Below, in pieces: positions 1 to 12,946 of a stretch of 64,000 nucleotides of DNA. Position 1 is the first letter of the stretch. Each line of letters opens with the position of its first letter. A program made the position numbers and the translations under genes. The notes under the pieces are model-generated. The model searched no databases. It saw nothing but the letters and a program-made list of their open reading frames with translations, and was not told the DNA's origin. Origin of the DNA: Azolla caroliniana (lineage: Eukaryota > Plantae > Polypodiophyta); assembly GCA_043228905.1 (NCBI GenBank), contig JBHGNT010000004.1, forward strand, positions 6,758,001 to 6,822,000. The letters run 5' to 3'.

Positions 1-533
1 AAGCAATCGGGAGTTGTCAAAATGTTTACATGTTCTGACAATTATGAAGAACTTGGTGTCAATCGGATAGATCGTCGACCAGGGGATGCAAATACGGTTC
101 ACGCACCTCGGGTGCTTCATCGAGGAAGAAGGCCAGATCATCGTGCAAGGGCACCGGAATAGGAGGATGTTCATCCTCGACACCAACGACGTAGGCACCG
201 CCTTGTTCACAAAAGGACAAAAAGTCGAGTCAGATATTGACTTGTGGCACAAGTGGATTGGCCACGTCAACTATCGGAGGCTTCAAGACTTGTAATCGAA
301 ACAAGGTCGTATTCAAATTGCCAAAATTAAGTGGCCGGAAGGCCCAAGTATGTGAAGCCTGCCAAGTCGGGAAGAAACACCGGCTTCCATTCCCCACCAA
401 AAGAAACCGGAGCCGTAACAAGCTCGACTTGATACATTCGGATGTATGGGAACTGACACATAATGTTAGGCTTGGCGGGAGCTGATATTTCATCTCCTTC
501 ATTGACAACTACAACCGACACGCATGGATCTAC
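1..533 (+). mobile_element. Ty1/copia fragment (protease end, GAG-pre-integrase, start of integrase core), degenerate; truncated at an inverted junction
   Basis: Translations RMFILD...LWHKWIGHVNY, CEACQVGKKHRLPF, DLIHSDVW and ...AWIY are homologous to the copia elements at 34012-36774 and 59710-60834; contains stops. Confidence 0.9.
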
Positions 534-1897
534 CTTTGTGCGTGCGTGGAACACTGGGTTTTGAGCCAGATAAATACTGCTCATGTTGTCGCAGTAAAGG
601 GGAATCAAATCCTTGATGGGAACGCCCAGATCCTTCAATATCCTCTTGAGCCATATAGTTTCACATGCAGCCATGGCTACGCCCTTGTATTTGTTCTCTG
701 TGCTTGAAAGAGCGATAGTTGGTTGCTTCTTGCTACTCCACGAAATGCTTTGTTGCTGAGGGAGAAAACAAATCCGGAGGTCGATTGGCTCTGTAGCTAG
801 CCTAGTCGACATCTGTGTACCCTTTGGGTCGAATTGGTGTGGCTAATTCATAGAGAATGCCACAATCCATTGTGCCGCTCACGTATCGTAATACTCGCTT
901 AGCACAATCCAAATGGATTTCTTGCACAGTTTGCATGAATTGGCCGACCGGATAGCTGAGGTTGGGTCGAGTGATCGTGAGGTAGATGAGACTCCTGATT
1001 AGTTGTGGATACTGAGTCGGCTCGCACTCTTTCGTGCTAGGGTCGACATCCAGTTTGAGGTTTCGATTGAGAGGGGTTGCCACATATTTGCACTCAGTCA
1101 TCCATAACTTGTATAACAAGTTGAGGATGTAGTGTCGTTGGGAGATCATAATGCCTGTTGGAGTCCGAATTACCTCAATGCCAAGGAAGTAATCGAGCTC
1201 CTTCATGTTCGTCATCTCGAATTTTCTAGAGAGGAGGGACTTGACCTTGTTGATGTCAACTAGACTTGCACCTCTAATGACTAGATCATCCACATATAGG
1301 ATGATGACAATCGGGTTGTCAGAGCCATTTCATACGTAGAGGGAGTTGTCGGATTTCGACATTCGAAAGCTGATTTGATGAAGATATTGTGTTATCTTCG
1401 AGTGCCTAGCACGCGGTGCTTGCTTAAGGCCATAGAGTGGCTTCTTCAGTCGGTAGATTGCTTTCGGATGGATGCTCGATTCGAAGCTGGGTGGTTGTAC
1501 CATGTACACTTCCTCTTCTAATTCACCTTGAAGAAAGGCGTTCTTTACGTCCATTTGATGGAGGTGCCACCCTTTCGCTGCAGCAAGTGCAATTATGGTC
1601 CGCACAATCGTCATCTTTGTCACCGGAGCAAAGGTCATTTCGTAGTCGACTCCATGTGTTTGTGCGTATCCTTTCGCTACTAGTCAAGCTTTGTAGCAGT
1701 TTATGGAGCCATCGGCATTATACTTCACTTTTTAAATCCATTTGCAATTGATTGCCTTCTTGTACGGTGAGTGGGGAGTGAGATCCCATGTCTCGTTCTT
1801 GCATAGTGTCTGCATCTCCTCGTTCATTTCTTCGAATCATTGTGGATCCTTGCCTGCTTCCAAAAAACTTTCCAGTTCTTGAACTGTCGCCACCTTC

Positions 1898-1988
1898 TGT
1901 TGAAGACAAGGCCGTGTCGATGCGGAAGATCAAGTAGCATTCGATTGGGGTTGAGAACCTGCGTATGACAGTTTGCAAGATCGTGCAC

Positions 1989-2020
<32 letters not shown>

Positions 2021-2249
2021 GAGGCACAAAAGACTTTCTATTCAATAGAAACAATAACACAACCCACCCTACAAAAAGGTTACAAGGTCACTATATATAG
2101 TGACCGACTTAGGGCAACTACCATTTATGCTAATTACACAAATGGCCCAAACTTGATCTATACAAAGGGATAGTGTGAATACGTCCATTATACACTTGTA
2201 TTCGACACTCCCCCGTAATGGGCGTATACATGGGTTATCTAAGATTACA
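1898..2249 (-). mobile_element. 3' LTR (1898-2207) with PPT and short 3' internal stub of a second LTR element B, nested in element A
   Basis: Minus strand reads GGGGGAG (PPT, 2214-2208), then TGTCGAA...TTCAACA with imperfect terminal inverted repeats, a TATA-like TATATA and a (CT)n tract. Element A resumes immediately with GAAGGTGGCG (KVAT). Confidence 0.85.
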
Positions 2250-2274
2250 GGTTTAGGGTTTAGGGTTTAGGGTT
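2250..2274 (+). repeat. Interstitial plant telomeric repeat GG(TTTAGGG)3TT
   Basis: Read directly: ggtttagggtttagggtttagggtt. Confidence 0.9.
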
Positions 2275-3106
2275 CATCATAAAGGCATAATGGTATGCCA
2301 TATAATTGTTGTAACCGAATCGACTAACAAGATTCTTCTCACAGGTTGAGCGACAGAAATTTTCGTTTGTCGTGGCAATGGCTTTCTTTATGCCAGGTGT
2401 CCTCATGATAGGTAAATCGATGCCACCGAACTCACTGTCGAGGGGGTGAGTTGATTTGTTGCCGTCAAAGTGATCGTCTTCATATTCTGGCATTTTTGCC
2501 TTGCCTTTGTCCATCTTCGAACTACGCCGAGATGTGCTTTGGTCGCTCGGGAACTCTTGTGGATCACTAAGCCTTGTCGTAATCAGACTTTCATCGAACA
2601 TGTGTTTGAGTCGATCTCCATCTTCTATCTCTTGTTCAACGGATTTCGGGTCGACTATAAATGATTCAGGAGGAGTCATCTTGGGTTCGTACCATGATTC
2701 CGATTCATCGAAGACTACATCTCGACTCACACGAACCTTCCGAGTCGAGGGGTTATAGCACTTGTACCCCTTTTGTTCCAGTGAGTATCCTACGAGGATA
2801 CATTTCTCAGACTTCAGGTCAAGCTTTTGTCACTTCTCGTCGGGGATGTGCACGTATGCAATGCGAGAATGAACTTTCGGCCCTCTCTTCATCCACGAGC
2901 GATGAGTCGACCCTCTTTCTCGATGAAGCAACCGTCTTGATTAAATCGAACTTGCATCTTGTGCTCAACAATTTGACCAATGCAGACCAAAATCTTCGTA
3001 ATGGTAGGTACATGCAAGACATTCTTTTGTATGTTTGGTTACCTTCTCTACCGAATGGAACATTGTCGATGTGCCGAATCGGATGAGTAGTGTCATCTCC
3101 GGTTTC

Positions 3107-3430
3107 GACATAGTTGGCTCGATATGGCTCTCGAAGTTCTCATAACCATTCTTGATGAGACATCATATGGTTCGAGGCACCGAGAGTTGACGAACCATAC
3201 ATCTTCCGAACTAGAGGCAATATTCGCAGTAGAAGCCAACATAGAATTTGCTCTATGTCTCATCACGCGATATAGTTGGGTCGATATGGCTCTCGAAGTT
3301 CTCATAACCATTCTTGATGAGATGTCATACGGTTCAAGGCACCGAGAGTTGACAAACCATACATCTTCCGAACTAGAGGCAATATTCGCAGTAGAAGCCA
3401 ACACAGAATTTGCTCTATGTCTCATCACGA
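3107..3430. repeat. 162-bp tandem duplication within the gag-protease region of element A
   Basis: ORFs 3124..3444 and 3093..3434 each show a 54-aa repeat (MRHRANS.LASTANIASSSEDVWFVNS twice). Confidence 0.9.
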
Positions 3431-4969
3431 ACATTCTACCATGATCGTCATAGTCGGAGTTGGTGGCATAATTGGTGAGTTGTCGGCTTGTGGAAGCAAA
3501 CTCGCGCTTCTTCTTTCGGCACTCTTCTTCATGGTGGCTGATTTTGGCGCAATACCTGCATTTGATTGAGGGTTGTCGTCTCAGACCGGAATGGAAGCTC
3601 CCCTTCTTTCGAAGGTTCCTCGATGGCTTTCGTCTTGTTGCCGAAATTGGAAGTTGTTTTTGTAAGTCGGACCTCGTCCGCCTCGTCCTTGGCCAAATCG
3701 ACCTCTTGCTCGGTCACGTCCTCTTCCTTCGTTCGAATGTGTGTAGAGCATGTGGCCTTTCGAGGCGTTGCTCCTTCTTTGAACATGGTTTTCTTCAACC
3801 AACAACATGGATTGAAGATCGAAGAAAGAGGGAGGATTCTCTCGTGCTAGTACGACGGTCCTCATCGCACCGAACTGTGGTGCAAGGCTGCCGAGGCATA
3901 TTTGCACCATCTCATCATCCTCCACGTTGACGCTTATTGAGTCGAGCGAGTCATAAAGCTCCTTGATCTTCAAGGTGTAGCTTGTGATGGACACATCCTT
4001 TTGTTGGATGTTGTTCAGCTCTTGGTCGAGTTGAAGCTTTCATGCCGTCGTGTTGGCGACGAATATCGTCTTGAGATTCTCCCATGCTTCCTTCAGCGTC
4101 TCAGCTTCTCAAATGTAGCTGAGCATGTGGTCATGAACACATGTCGCAAAGCAATACATCACTCAGCTTGCCGCTTGCTCCCATGTTGAGTAGTCGACAT
4201 CTTTCGGGTCGGGTTGATTTTCTTGTGCTCCTTTGATGTAGCTCCAATAGCCTTTGCCGACAAGGTATTGGTGCATATTGTACTCCCAAGATGCAAAGTT
4301 GTTTCTATCCAACTTGTCTCTAGGGAGGGCGCTCCCCATTTGAGTATTCATTGTCGATGAAGATCTCATTCTTCTTTTCCTTCTTTCTCGAACACGAGCT
4401 ATGTAATTGCACTACAATAACAATGAAGCGGTTCTTCTTGAACGTCAGCGTAAAACACGACACACGTGGATGGGCTAGATCGAGCTACCAAACTACTCTA
4501 ATACCATGTAAAGAATCGGATATGATTCTTTTGCAACGGAAGAGATGTATGTTATGTGTGTGAGAGAAAAGAGGGGAGAGAAGAGAAAAACACAAGATAG
4601 ATAAAAGAGGAAATGAAGTACTCAAGAAAAAAGTATATATTCACAGGGAGAATATGAGATACAAAAATGTAGCATTACAAGAAGTCACAACTCACACTAT
4701 ATGAAGTAGGAGGAGGGTGCTTTATATAAGGTCACCCTCTTTCTTCATTAACTCACTACAACGTCCATTCTCTCTCTCTAGAACCTTGAGGAATGTGAAG
4801 ACTCATTAGTCAAGGGGAATATGGAACTAATTAGTTATGTGTCATAGAATATGATTCTATGGCACATAGTTAATGTGTAGAGAGTGATGTCACTCGTGAC
4901 CTTTGAGTGCTCATAGATTCTCAAAGGGTGTATTCACACACCATGTTAGGTTGAGCTTGATTCTCAACA

Positions 4970-5419
4970 CAACCAAAACCTTCTCCCAAACCCTAATCCC
5001 TTGACATGAAAAAGCCAACCACATCAAAAAAAAAATATCAGAAAATGTAGAGACAAACACAAACACATACTTGGGAAATAGTAAGGCATCGATTGCAGAA
5101 GTGATTGTTGGGAATGTCGATTGCAAGCCTCCTGAAGAAAAATTGCTTTCCTGGAAAAAAACCCCGTCAATCTTGTTTGAAAAATTGAGAGATAATGACA
5201 GGTTTTAGGGTTTTATAGTCGTCGATGAAAAGGTTGGGCGACCACATGGCCACATTAAAACTCAGTTGGGGCAACCACATTTTAACTCGGTTGGGCGACC
5301 AAACTGAAATGGCAGGTTGGGCGAGCACAATAGGTAGGTTGGGCAACCAGAATATGTAGGTTGGGTGACCACAATAGGTAGTTAGGCGACCAAGGATTCA
5401 GAGTTGGGCGAGACCTCTG
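4970..5419. mobile_element. Probable end of a DNA transposon (hAT-like) with subterminal GTTGGGCGACC repeats
   Basis: About 8 copies of GTTGGGCGACC or variants at 5232-5412, ending in GAGACCTCTG (minus CAGAGGTCTC, resembling a hAT TIR). The other end was not found. Confidence 0.4.
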
Positions 5420-5694
5420 ACAACATTTTTGGTCGCGCGTTTTTTTATTATCCAAATCGGACGGTGCAGATCGAGCGTGCCATGCTTCGAGCGACCTGCA
5501 CCGTTTGTGGCCGCGATTCCCTCGACAACCCTATTAATGATTTGGATCATAATAGACACGTCGATACATACATACATACATACATACTTATATGTCTTCT
5601 TAGGTTTCTAGCCGCCTCTCTGACTTCATACTAAAAGAGCACACAGTACAGTGTCTTCACGTTCTTCTCCTTCCCGCTGCTGCTGCCGACGTCC

Positions 5695-5780
5695 ATGGCT
5701 TCCCCTGATGAGCGTCCTTCTGCCAAGCGATGGCTACCTCTCGAGTCCAATCCCGATGTTATGAATCAGGTACCACCAAT

Positions 5781-5831
<51 letters not shown>

Positions 5832-8800
5832 GGAGAGGGAGGGCGAGAGATAGAGAAACATGGAAGATAAAAATTCATATAAAAAGATTGATCAGATGTA
5901 TATATGATACATATACACACAAATAGAGTCTTCAAGAATGTCTCCGGAGAAGTAGTACTGTACATATACACATATGCATAGAAACGATGTAAGCCTAAAA
6001 GTAGAACGAATACTAGCACGAAACAAAAAAACCTTTAAGAAAGGTTAGTGAGATATGATAAGAAAATCTTACTGCATTTATAAAGCATAGATAGATTCTC
6101 ACAAATATAGACATGGAGGAGCAATCCATATAAAAAGATTGATCAGATGTATATATGATACATATACACACAATTAGAGTCTTCAAGAATGTCTCCGGAG
6201 GAGTAGTAATCTACATATACATGTACACACACACACATGCATAGAAACGATGTAAGCCTAAACGTAGAACGAATACTAGCACGAAACAAAAAAACCTTTA
6301 AGAAAGGTTAGCGAGATATGATAAGAAAATCTTACTGCATTTATAAAGGATAGATAGATTCTCACAAATATCGATCGAGCATAACTTGAGTTACACTCAC
6401 AGCAAGATTCGAAGATGGCTAAAATAAACACTAATACAAGGTAATGAACATAACAAAAAATCAGGCGTTCTTTTGTGTCTATGCTGCACCAATAAAATAA
6501 TCAATGCTAACAATAAACACTTATGAAACTCAGCGTAAAAAATCAGTAATCGGTAATTCTTCTAGAAAATACCACCAGGAGTTAATGCATGAAAATGCCA
6601 CATAAAAACACCAAATAAATATGCAAAGAAAATAATTTGTAGATTCTCTGCAGCCAAAAAGTGCAGACATGATTGCCAATGGTGGTTCACTGAAAATGAT
6701 GTTAGTTCAAGCCTTTCTGCAAGTAAATTAGGTGAATGATATGGTGTTGGAGTGTATAAGATGGTTTAGGATATAGAATCTTGTAAGATGATATTTAAGG
6801 TTCTAAGTATTAAGCAACATGACATGGAGAATTTTAAGTTGCATCTATCTCTTTTATGTGTTGTGGTTTCACACATATTCCAGTCCCACATGATAATATA
6901 CTGGAACAATGCAGTTTGTACAGGGGCTTGGTGTACCTCATGATGTGGGATTTGTTGATGTTTATGGATTTGATGATGACCTACTTGCTATGGTTCCTTC
7001 TCCAGTATTGGCTGTCCTCTTTCTGTTTCCTTTAACAAAGGAGGTGTGTAAAAGATAATCTGTTTCAATGCTATGTAGAGTTTTGTTCAAACTCACTCAA
7101 ATTTAAAGTTTTTTAAGAAATGAGATGCTATGTGATAGTTAAAATTTCAGTATATTCCGTTATGGTGGAACTGCAGATTGAAGCAGCATCTCAAGCTGAG
7201 CAGATAAGGCACAATAAAGATCATAAAGTAAGCCAGTCTGCAACTTTCTTTGGTCATATTTTTGGGAAAATTTTCTACGTCTCTGATATTACGAAAACAC
7301 GCCTGATGTTTATTTTTGTATGTATACGAAATTACAAATCGCAAGCGTATTTTTTTTGGTATGTGAGGTTTCAAGAGTATATTTTCATAATTCCCCCTTT
7401 TTTTGTGATCCTAGTCCTTGTCATAGTCTCGGTTATCAAAACCGTTTCAATCTCAATTGACTTTAGAGAATCGAATAATTATTTATACAAGTCTTACACA
7501 ACAAATGTAAACTTCAGTTTCTTTAGCCTCATTTCTAGCACTTAACAAGTCGGTGGATATTTCCAATTAACTAGGACTAGGAGAACTGCATCTCACACTA
7601 CATTTGAAAATCTTTTGTGTTTCTTTCCATTCAGATTAGTGACAAAGCTTTCTTCATGAAGCAAACTGTTGGTAATGCGTGTGGCACAGTTGCACTTCTT
7701 CATGCTGTAGGCAACAATCTTTCCTCCATACAACTGAGTAAGAGGTCAAATTCGATTGTTATAGTGTGTGAAACTGTATGATAATTCAGCGTGTGTGATT
7801 AATGACATCTTGATTTCAAAATATCATTTCTGTGGTGTGTGGATTACAGCAAATAAGTAACATGTACCCAATCTGTATATTGTAAACAGGCACCATTTAC
7901 TGTTCTCAGATGATCAATAAATAGAATCTTGATAAATGTCCACCCGACATGTATTTAAGGCATCCAAGCTAGTATTAAATGTTTCTCCAAATCATGCATT
8001 CCTTCAAATATTTGTATTGAGTGTTTCTCTGAGTAATGTATATATTACCCATGCATCAAACTTACAAAGTGGTGAAAAAATGGCGTGTTTCACAAAAAGT
8101 AAAAATAAATGTGCATGATTATGGTAAAAGATACTGCCAAAATAGGCACAGAGGATTTAACTTGGTCTGGTGATAAGCCTACATCCACTGCTGGAGAGCA
8201 GCAGAAAAATTACTCTATGACAAAGAAAAGATCCAATTCACACTCACAACCCATATTTAATGATGTACAACCTAAGACCACTGTCACCTGAAGAAATGTC
8301 CTAGAGCCAAAGTACCCGTCTCTCAAATAGGAGAGTGTTTTTCTTATGAGAAACTGAAAAACGAATACGAAAGAAAGAAAGAAATATTAAAGTCTTTTAA
8401 GAGGCTAAAGTGGCCTATAAGCTAGAGAAGAGATTACATCTTAAAATGTTGTTTTGATTGTGTAAATAAGTAAATAAAACTAAAAGTGACTAGAGAATCT
8501 GTGATTGTCAAATCAGATAGGTTGTAAAGGAGAAAACAATGTTCTGTGGATTTATTTTCTTGCTACGGATGGGTGAGAATTATGGCTATATATATCCAGT
8601 CGAAGTGACCTTTGGTATGGTCGCCATTGTGATTCTTTAACTTACTTTCAATTTAGAAACAGACGCATAAAAGAAGCTTGCTTGGGGTATCCTTTTGAAG
8701 CAGTTCTTGTTATGATGCGACCAATAATCTATGCTTGTAAAATAGGGGCTTTCTATTGTCAAATTTTTAGTTCAATTACATGTTTTGTGCATTATTGCAA

Positions 8801-10340
8801 CGTGTTATATTCTATCACAACCTTAGAAAGTGAAATTCAAATTGGACAGATGATGGATCTTACTTCAAGAGTTTTTATGAAGCTGCAGCAAATATGACAC
8901 CTGATGAGGTAAATTGAATTATGTGACTTCATTGTCTGAATGATAGCTATATTGGTCATTTGAGATCTTTGAATTCCTGTGCAGAGAGCTGCAGCACTTG
9001 AAAAAGATGATAAAATTGAAGGTGTGCATTCGGTTGCTGCAAGTGGAGGTGATACCGTTGTAAGGATTCAACTTCTCTCTAAAGTCATATGCATGAAACT
9101 CTTAAGGCTGCGTGTATTTATGTCAATTTTGGGTGTGTTTTCACCTTGTATTGAGGTTCCCACAAGTAATATAATGCATTTGAATAGGAAAGCATGTTTT
9201 CTTCTCCTTTTTTTGACGTTTTTGGTTAACTGAGATTTGACGCTGTACATGAGGTTATGTGTGGAATCATAACTATGCTATTTTTCTACACGTAAATACA
9301 TAAATATGCTGTCTATATATATGACGTAAATACACATGAGATTCTAGAACCTAAAGTTTTTAAGTGTGTTAGAACTTAGAATCATCATCAGATAAACAGG
9401 ACATGCTTTGCATACTCGAAGCATTTAAAGGTTTATGGGTCACAAGTCGAAATGTCACATATTCTGCCCTTGTCTGGACTGTCACAAAGGAAGCTGAACC
9501 AAACTCTTTTTTATCTGGCATCAACTTATAACCACGCACATCCATTGCACACCCTGAAAAGAATTTCCAATCAAATTACGCCTTTATTTCTTTGAAGGTT
9601 AGATTCCTTGCATGAAGCTTTGCATACATCAAGCACTTGAAGTTGGAATGAGGCTATTGAGGCCTCAATAAAAGAATGTGACTATATTCCTTCAAAGATT
9701 TGTTTCTTTACATGAAGCTTTGGATACTAAAAGTACCAGAAGAGGCCATGTCAAATTTATTCTGGCAAGCGGTAGCTATATTTCTTCAAAGATTAGATTC
9801 CTTGTATGAACTTGAAGCTTTGGGCAATTAATGTCTTAAAGTTTTGATATAGTTTCCTAAAAAAATTGTGAATTGGAAATTTCAGCCTCCAGATCTCAGT
9901 ACTTCTGTCGATCTACACTTCGTGTGCTTTGTCTGTGTAGAAGGTAACTATATTATATTTGGTGTGAGAAGATAGGGCAATCATGATTTTGATTCACTTC
10001 AGAGTTTTTCATTAACTTATTTCACGTGGATGGATGATTCATTCAGGTAGCCTCTATGAGCTTGATGGAAGACGACCTGAACCAATCTATCATGGAAACT
10101 CTACTCCACAAACTCTGCTTACTGTATAAGTGCTTTCATTGCTTTTTATTTAAAATACCTGGATCCAATGTATGGTTATGTTTTTTGATATTGTAAGGTT
10201 TGTATTTGGTATGAATGCAATCTTACGATGAGAGTTTTTGGGTGTTGCAGGATACTGTGGAAGTAATCAAATCCTTCATGAAGAAAAACCCCAATGCTGT
10301 TAACTTCAGTGTTATTGCTCTTTCCAAACTCTCAGAATAG
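5695..10340 (+). CDS. UCH3: Ubiquitin carboxyl-terminal hydrolase, peptidase C12, UCH-L3/UCH3 type; 9 exons, 238 aa
   Basis: Exons 5695-5769, 6915-7043, 7177-7227, 7635-7737, 8850-8908, 8985-9059, 9886-9943, 10047-10123, 10251-10340; all GT-AG; 717 nt in frame. Motifs [19 protein letters not shown] (catalytic Cys), LHFVCF (His), LYELDGR (Asp). Confidence 0.96.
5876..6370. repeat. ~250-bp tandem duplication in UCH intron 1, preceded by (GA)n at ~5783-5828
   Basis: CATATAAAAAGATTGATCAGATG...GATTCTCACAAATAT occurs at ~5876-6108 and ~6127-6370. Confidence 0.9.
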
Positions 10341-10924
10341 GACTCTTTTCCTCATACAGTTAAAGTTATAGTTGAGGTCAATGTAGTGGTCAATTCATGG
10401 GCTTAATGTAGGCCAAATAATGCCAAAAGAAAAATTATATGAGAGGGTAACCATATATCAGCAGTGCCTAGAATGTGTACATGAATTTTGTTCCCCCTGG
10501 ATCATGACAATTCGAGACTTCCTATGTTTTTCTGCCAATTAAGAAATTCTTTTTTTATCTTCAAGCATTCTGGTTTAGTCATATTTTGATAATTGTTAAC
10601 AATATTCTGCGGCAGAAGAGCAAACTAACATTTTCTACCTGCGTTGAAAAAGTTTATGATTCATTGACGAGGATTTTTTGTTTCTAGACATTCAATATGG
10701 TAAATCCCAAGAGTTTTCAGATATAATAAACAAGAAATGCAATATGAAAGTGTTTTATGGCAATACAGATACTTTTATGGATTTTAATTGCAATTAGAGG
10801 TGTTTGTGCAATTTGATTTTGGTATTTGAGGTTTGTCATGTTATTCATGCAAGCCTTGTTGTTGAACCTTGAGTTTTTACTTTCTAAGTAACAATTGCTC
10901 CTAGTAATAGCCTTCTTTGTCCTA

Positions 10925-11310
10925 TTTTATGTTGATCATTAGCAAGTACCATTGTATAGGCTCATTGTTGTGCTTTATTATGTTTATTTGTTAATGGTGC
11001 ATGGTTCATATATATTGTAGTTAAAACATGTGAGCTTATACCAAGCATTGGTTCTATTTTTGGTGAAAGGAAGGATTGTAAGAATCTTAATAAAACATAA
11101 ACTCATTTGCTTTATTGTATGTTGGATCATTAGCAAGTACCATTGTATGTCTCATTGTTGTGCTTTATTATGTTTATTTGTGAATGGTTCAAGGGTTATA
11201 CATACATGTTGAAATTAAAACATGTTAGCTTATTAACAAGCATTGGTTCTATGTTTAATGAAAGGAAGGATCTGAAAAATCTTAATAAAACATAAATTCA
11301 TTTGCTTGTA
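10925..11310. repeat. ~190-bp imperfect tandem duplication downstream of UCH
   Basis: GATCATTAGCAAGTACCATTGTAT...CTTAATAAAACATAAA.TCATTTGCTT occurs twice. Confidence 0.85.
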
Positions 11311-12394
11311 TTTAATTAAGGGATAGTAGAATCTTTATTTAAAGGATGGGTCCACATAACTCACTTTTTAATTATGTTGTGTATAACCATGGGGTTTGAA
11401 AATTTCCAAGCGAAACTATCGACATACCATACAAACGACGACGCCATCACAAAGTACAAATATTACACTTAATATTGTGCAATTGTAAGAATTGATTTTG
11501 TTCGTGTTATAACTTTATTCCAAGATGAAGCGCAATGGGAAAATAAGATAGTGTACCTTAGGTTAAGCCATAAGTGAAACCATGATTTGTCACTTGATTC
11601 ATATTAGCCTAGAGATGAAATTGACATTGTCCTTGTGAAATCATGGGAGACAAGTTGAGATACATTGCTATGATAAACCTTCTAAAACAAATATACTCTT
11701 TTTACATGCGATTGTAACTTGCGATGTGGTCAACATAATGTGCAAATTTGGCAAAGTTCTTACTTTCATTCATATTTCCATGTTTACCATCAACTTTGTT
11801 GTAGTTCTTACCATGGACATGTGCATGCACACTTCCTCATATACATATTATGATTAAAAACATCCATTCTCCTACATACACACATACACCCACATCCTAA
11901 CATATTCATACAAACATTCATGAACCGTTGCACATAAATTTCAACAACTTACTTGCACATTCACACTCTTATGTAGAAACATATATACATATAATTATAT
12001 ATATTGCCTTTATTTGGACATGCAAACTTACAAGTAAATAATAAACAAGTACACAAACACTTAATTGCAAACAACTAAACACACACATAAACACATAGGC
12101 ATTATACCCATATATGGACATACATCATTAGAAATACAAAAAGTGGGTAAATATTAAGACTAATATCTTTGAACGGTTGTTGGTTTGAGTCCCTAGTGGT
12201 TCCACTAAGCTTTCACATGCACAAAAGTTAATTACACACCAATCTATCGGGTACAATGAACTTGTGATGGCTATGTTGAAAGGCATCTAGGTTGTCAATG
12301 ATCACTACAATGAGCAAGATCTGATAGACACCTTAGGAGGACAATTTGAAATTGATAATACTAACTTCATGGTCCCTGTAGCCGTGAATGTCAC

Positions 12395-12946
12395 TAGCAA
12401 TGGGCACAGTTTCGGCTCAAACCGAACCGAACCGTTAAGCAATGGTTTAACGGTTTATTGGTTCCAAAAAATTATAATGGTTTGCGTTGGTTTGGATTTT
12501 TGATAAACGGTTCGGTTCGGTTTTAAAACTCGGGTTTATAGGTTTATAGGTTTGGTTTAAAGGTTTATAGGTTTTTGGTTAACTTTTGTTTACCTTAATA
12601 GTTTATTGATTTAATGGTTTTTTATTGATTTAATTAATTTAACTGAAATGTTTATTTAATTTAATGGTTTAATTAAAATTTCTTTTATTGATTTAACAAA
12701 TTTAACTTAAATGCTTATTTAGTTTAATGTATTTTTGTTTATTTAGATGTTTAATTAGTTTAATTTAAGTGGTTAGGTTTAAATTTTTTATTAAATGGTT
12801 CGGTTTGGTTTTAAATGGTTTGGTTCAATACTGCGAGTTCATAAACGGTTTGGTTTGGTTTTTGTTTTAAATAAACGGTTCGGTTTCGGTTCAGTTCGGT
12901 TTCTTTGCCTTGAAACCGAACCGAACCGAACCCGAACCCATTGCTA
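12395..12946. mobile_element. Non-autonomous hAT-type MITE
   Basis: TIR TAGCAATGGG...CCCATTGCTA. 8-bp TSD AATGTCAC (12387-12394) / AATGTTAC (12947-12954). Subterminal AACCG/CGGTT motifs and AT-rich core. Confidence 0.88.

Larger units (their letters stand above)
534..4969 (-). mobile_element. Degenerate Ty1/copia element A: 5' LTR 4969-4507, PBS, gag, protease, integrase core deleted, RT, partial RNase H; 3' LTR missing
   Basis: LTR starts TGTTGAGAATCAAGCTCAAC (minus) and ends TTTACA at 4507. PBS variant TGGTATTAGAGT at 4506-4495 (iMet type). Motifs: gag MNTQMGSALP..KLDRNNFASW, QMDVKNAFLQG, LYGLKQAPR, YVDDL, CDNMSSI..A.NPVFHARTK. Junction near 2864 joins GR.FIL to IAYVHIPDE. Interrupted by element B at 1898-2274. 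Confidence 0.93.
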
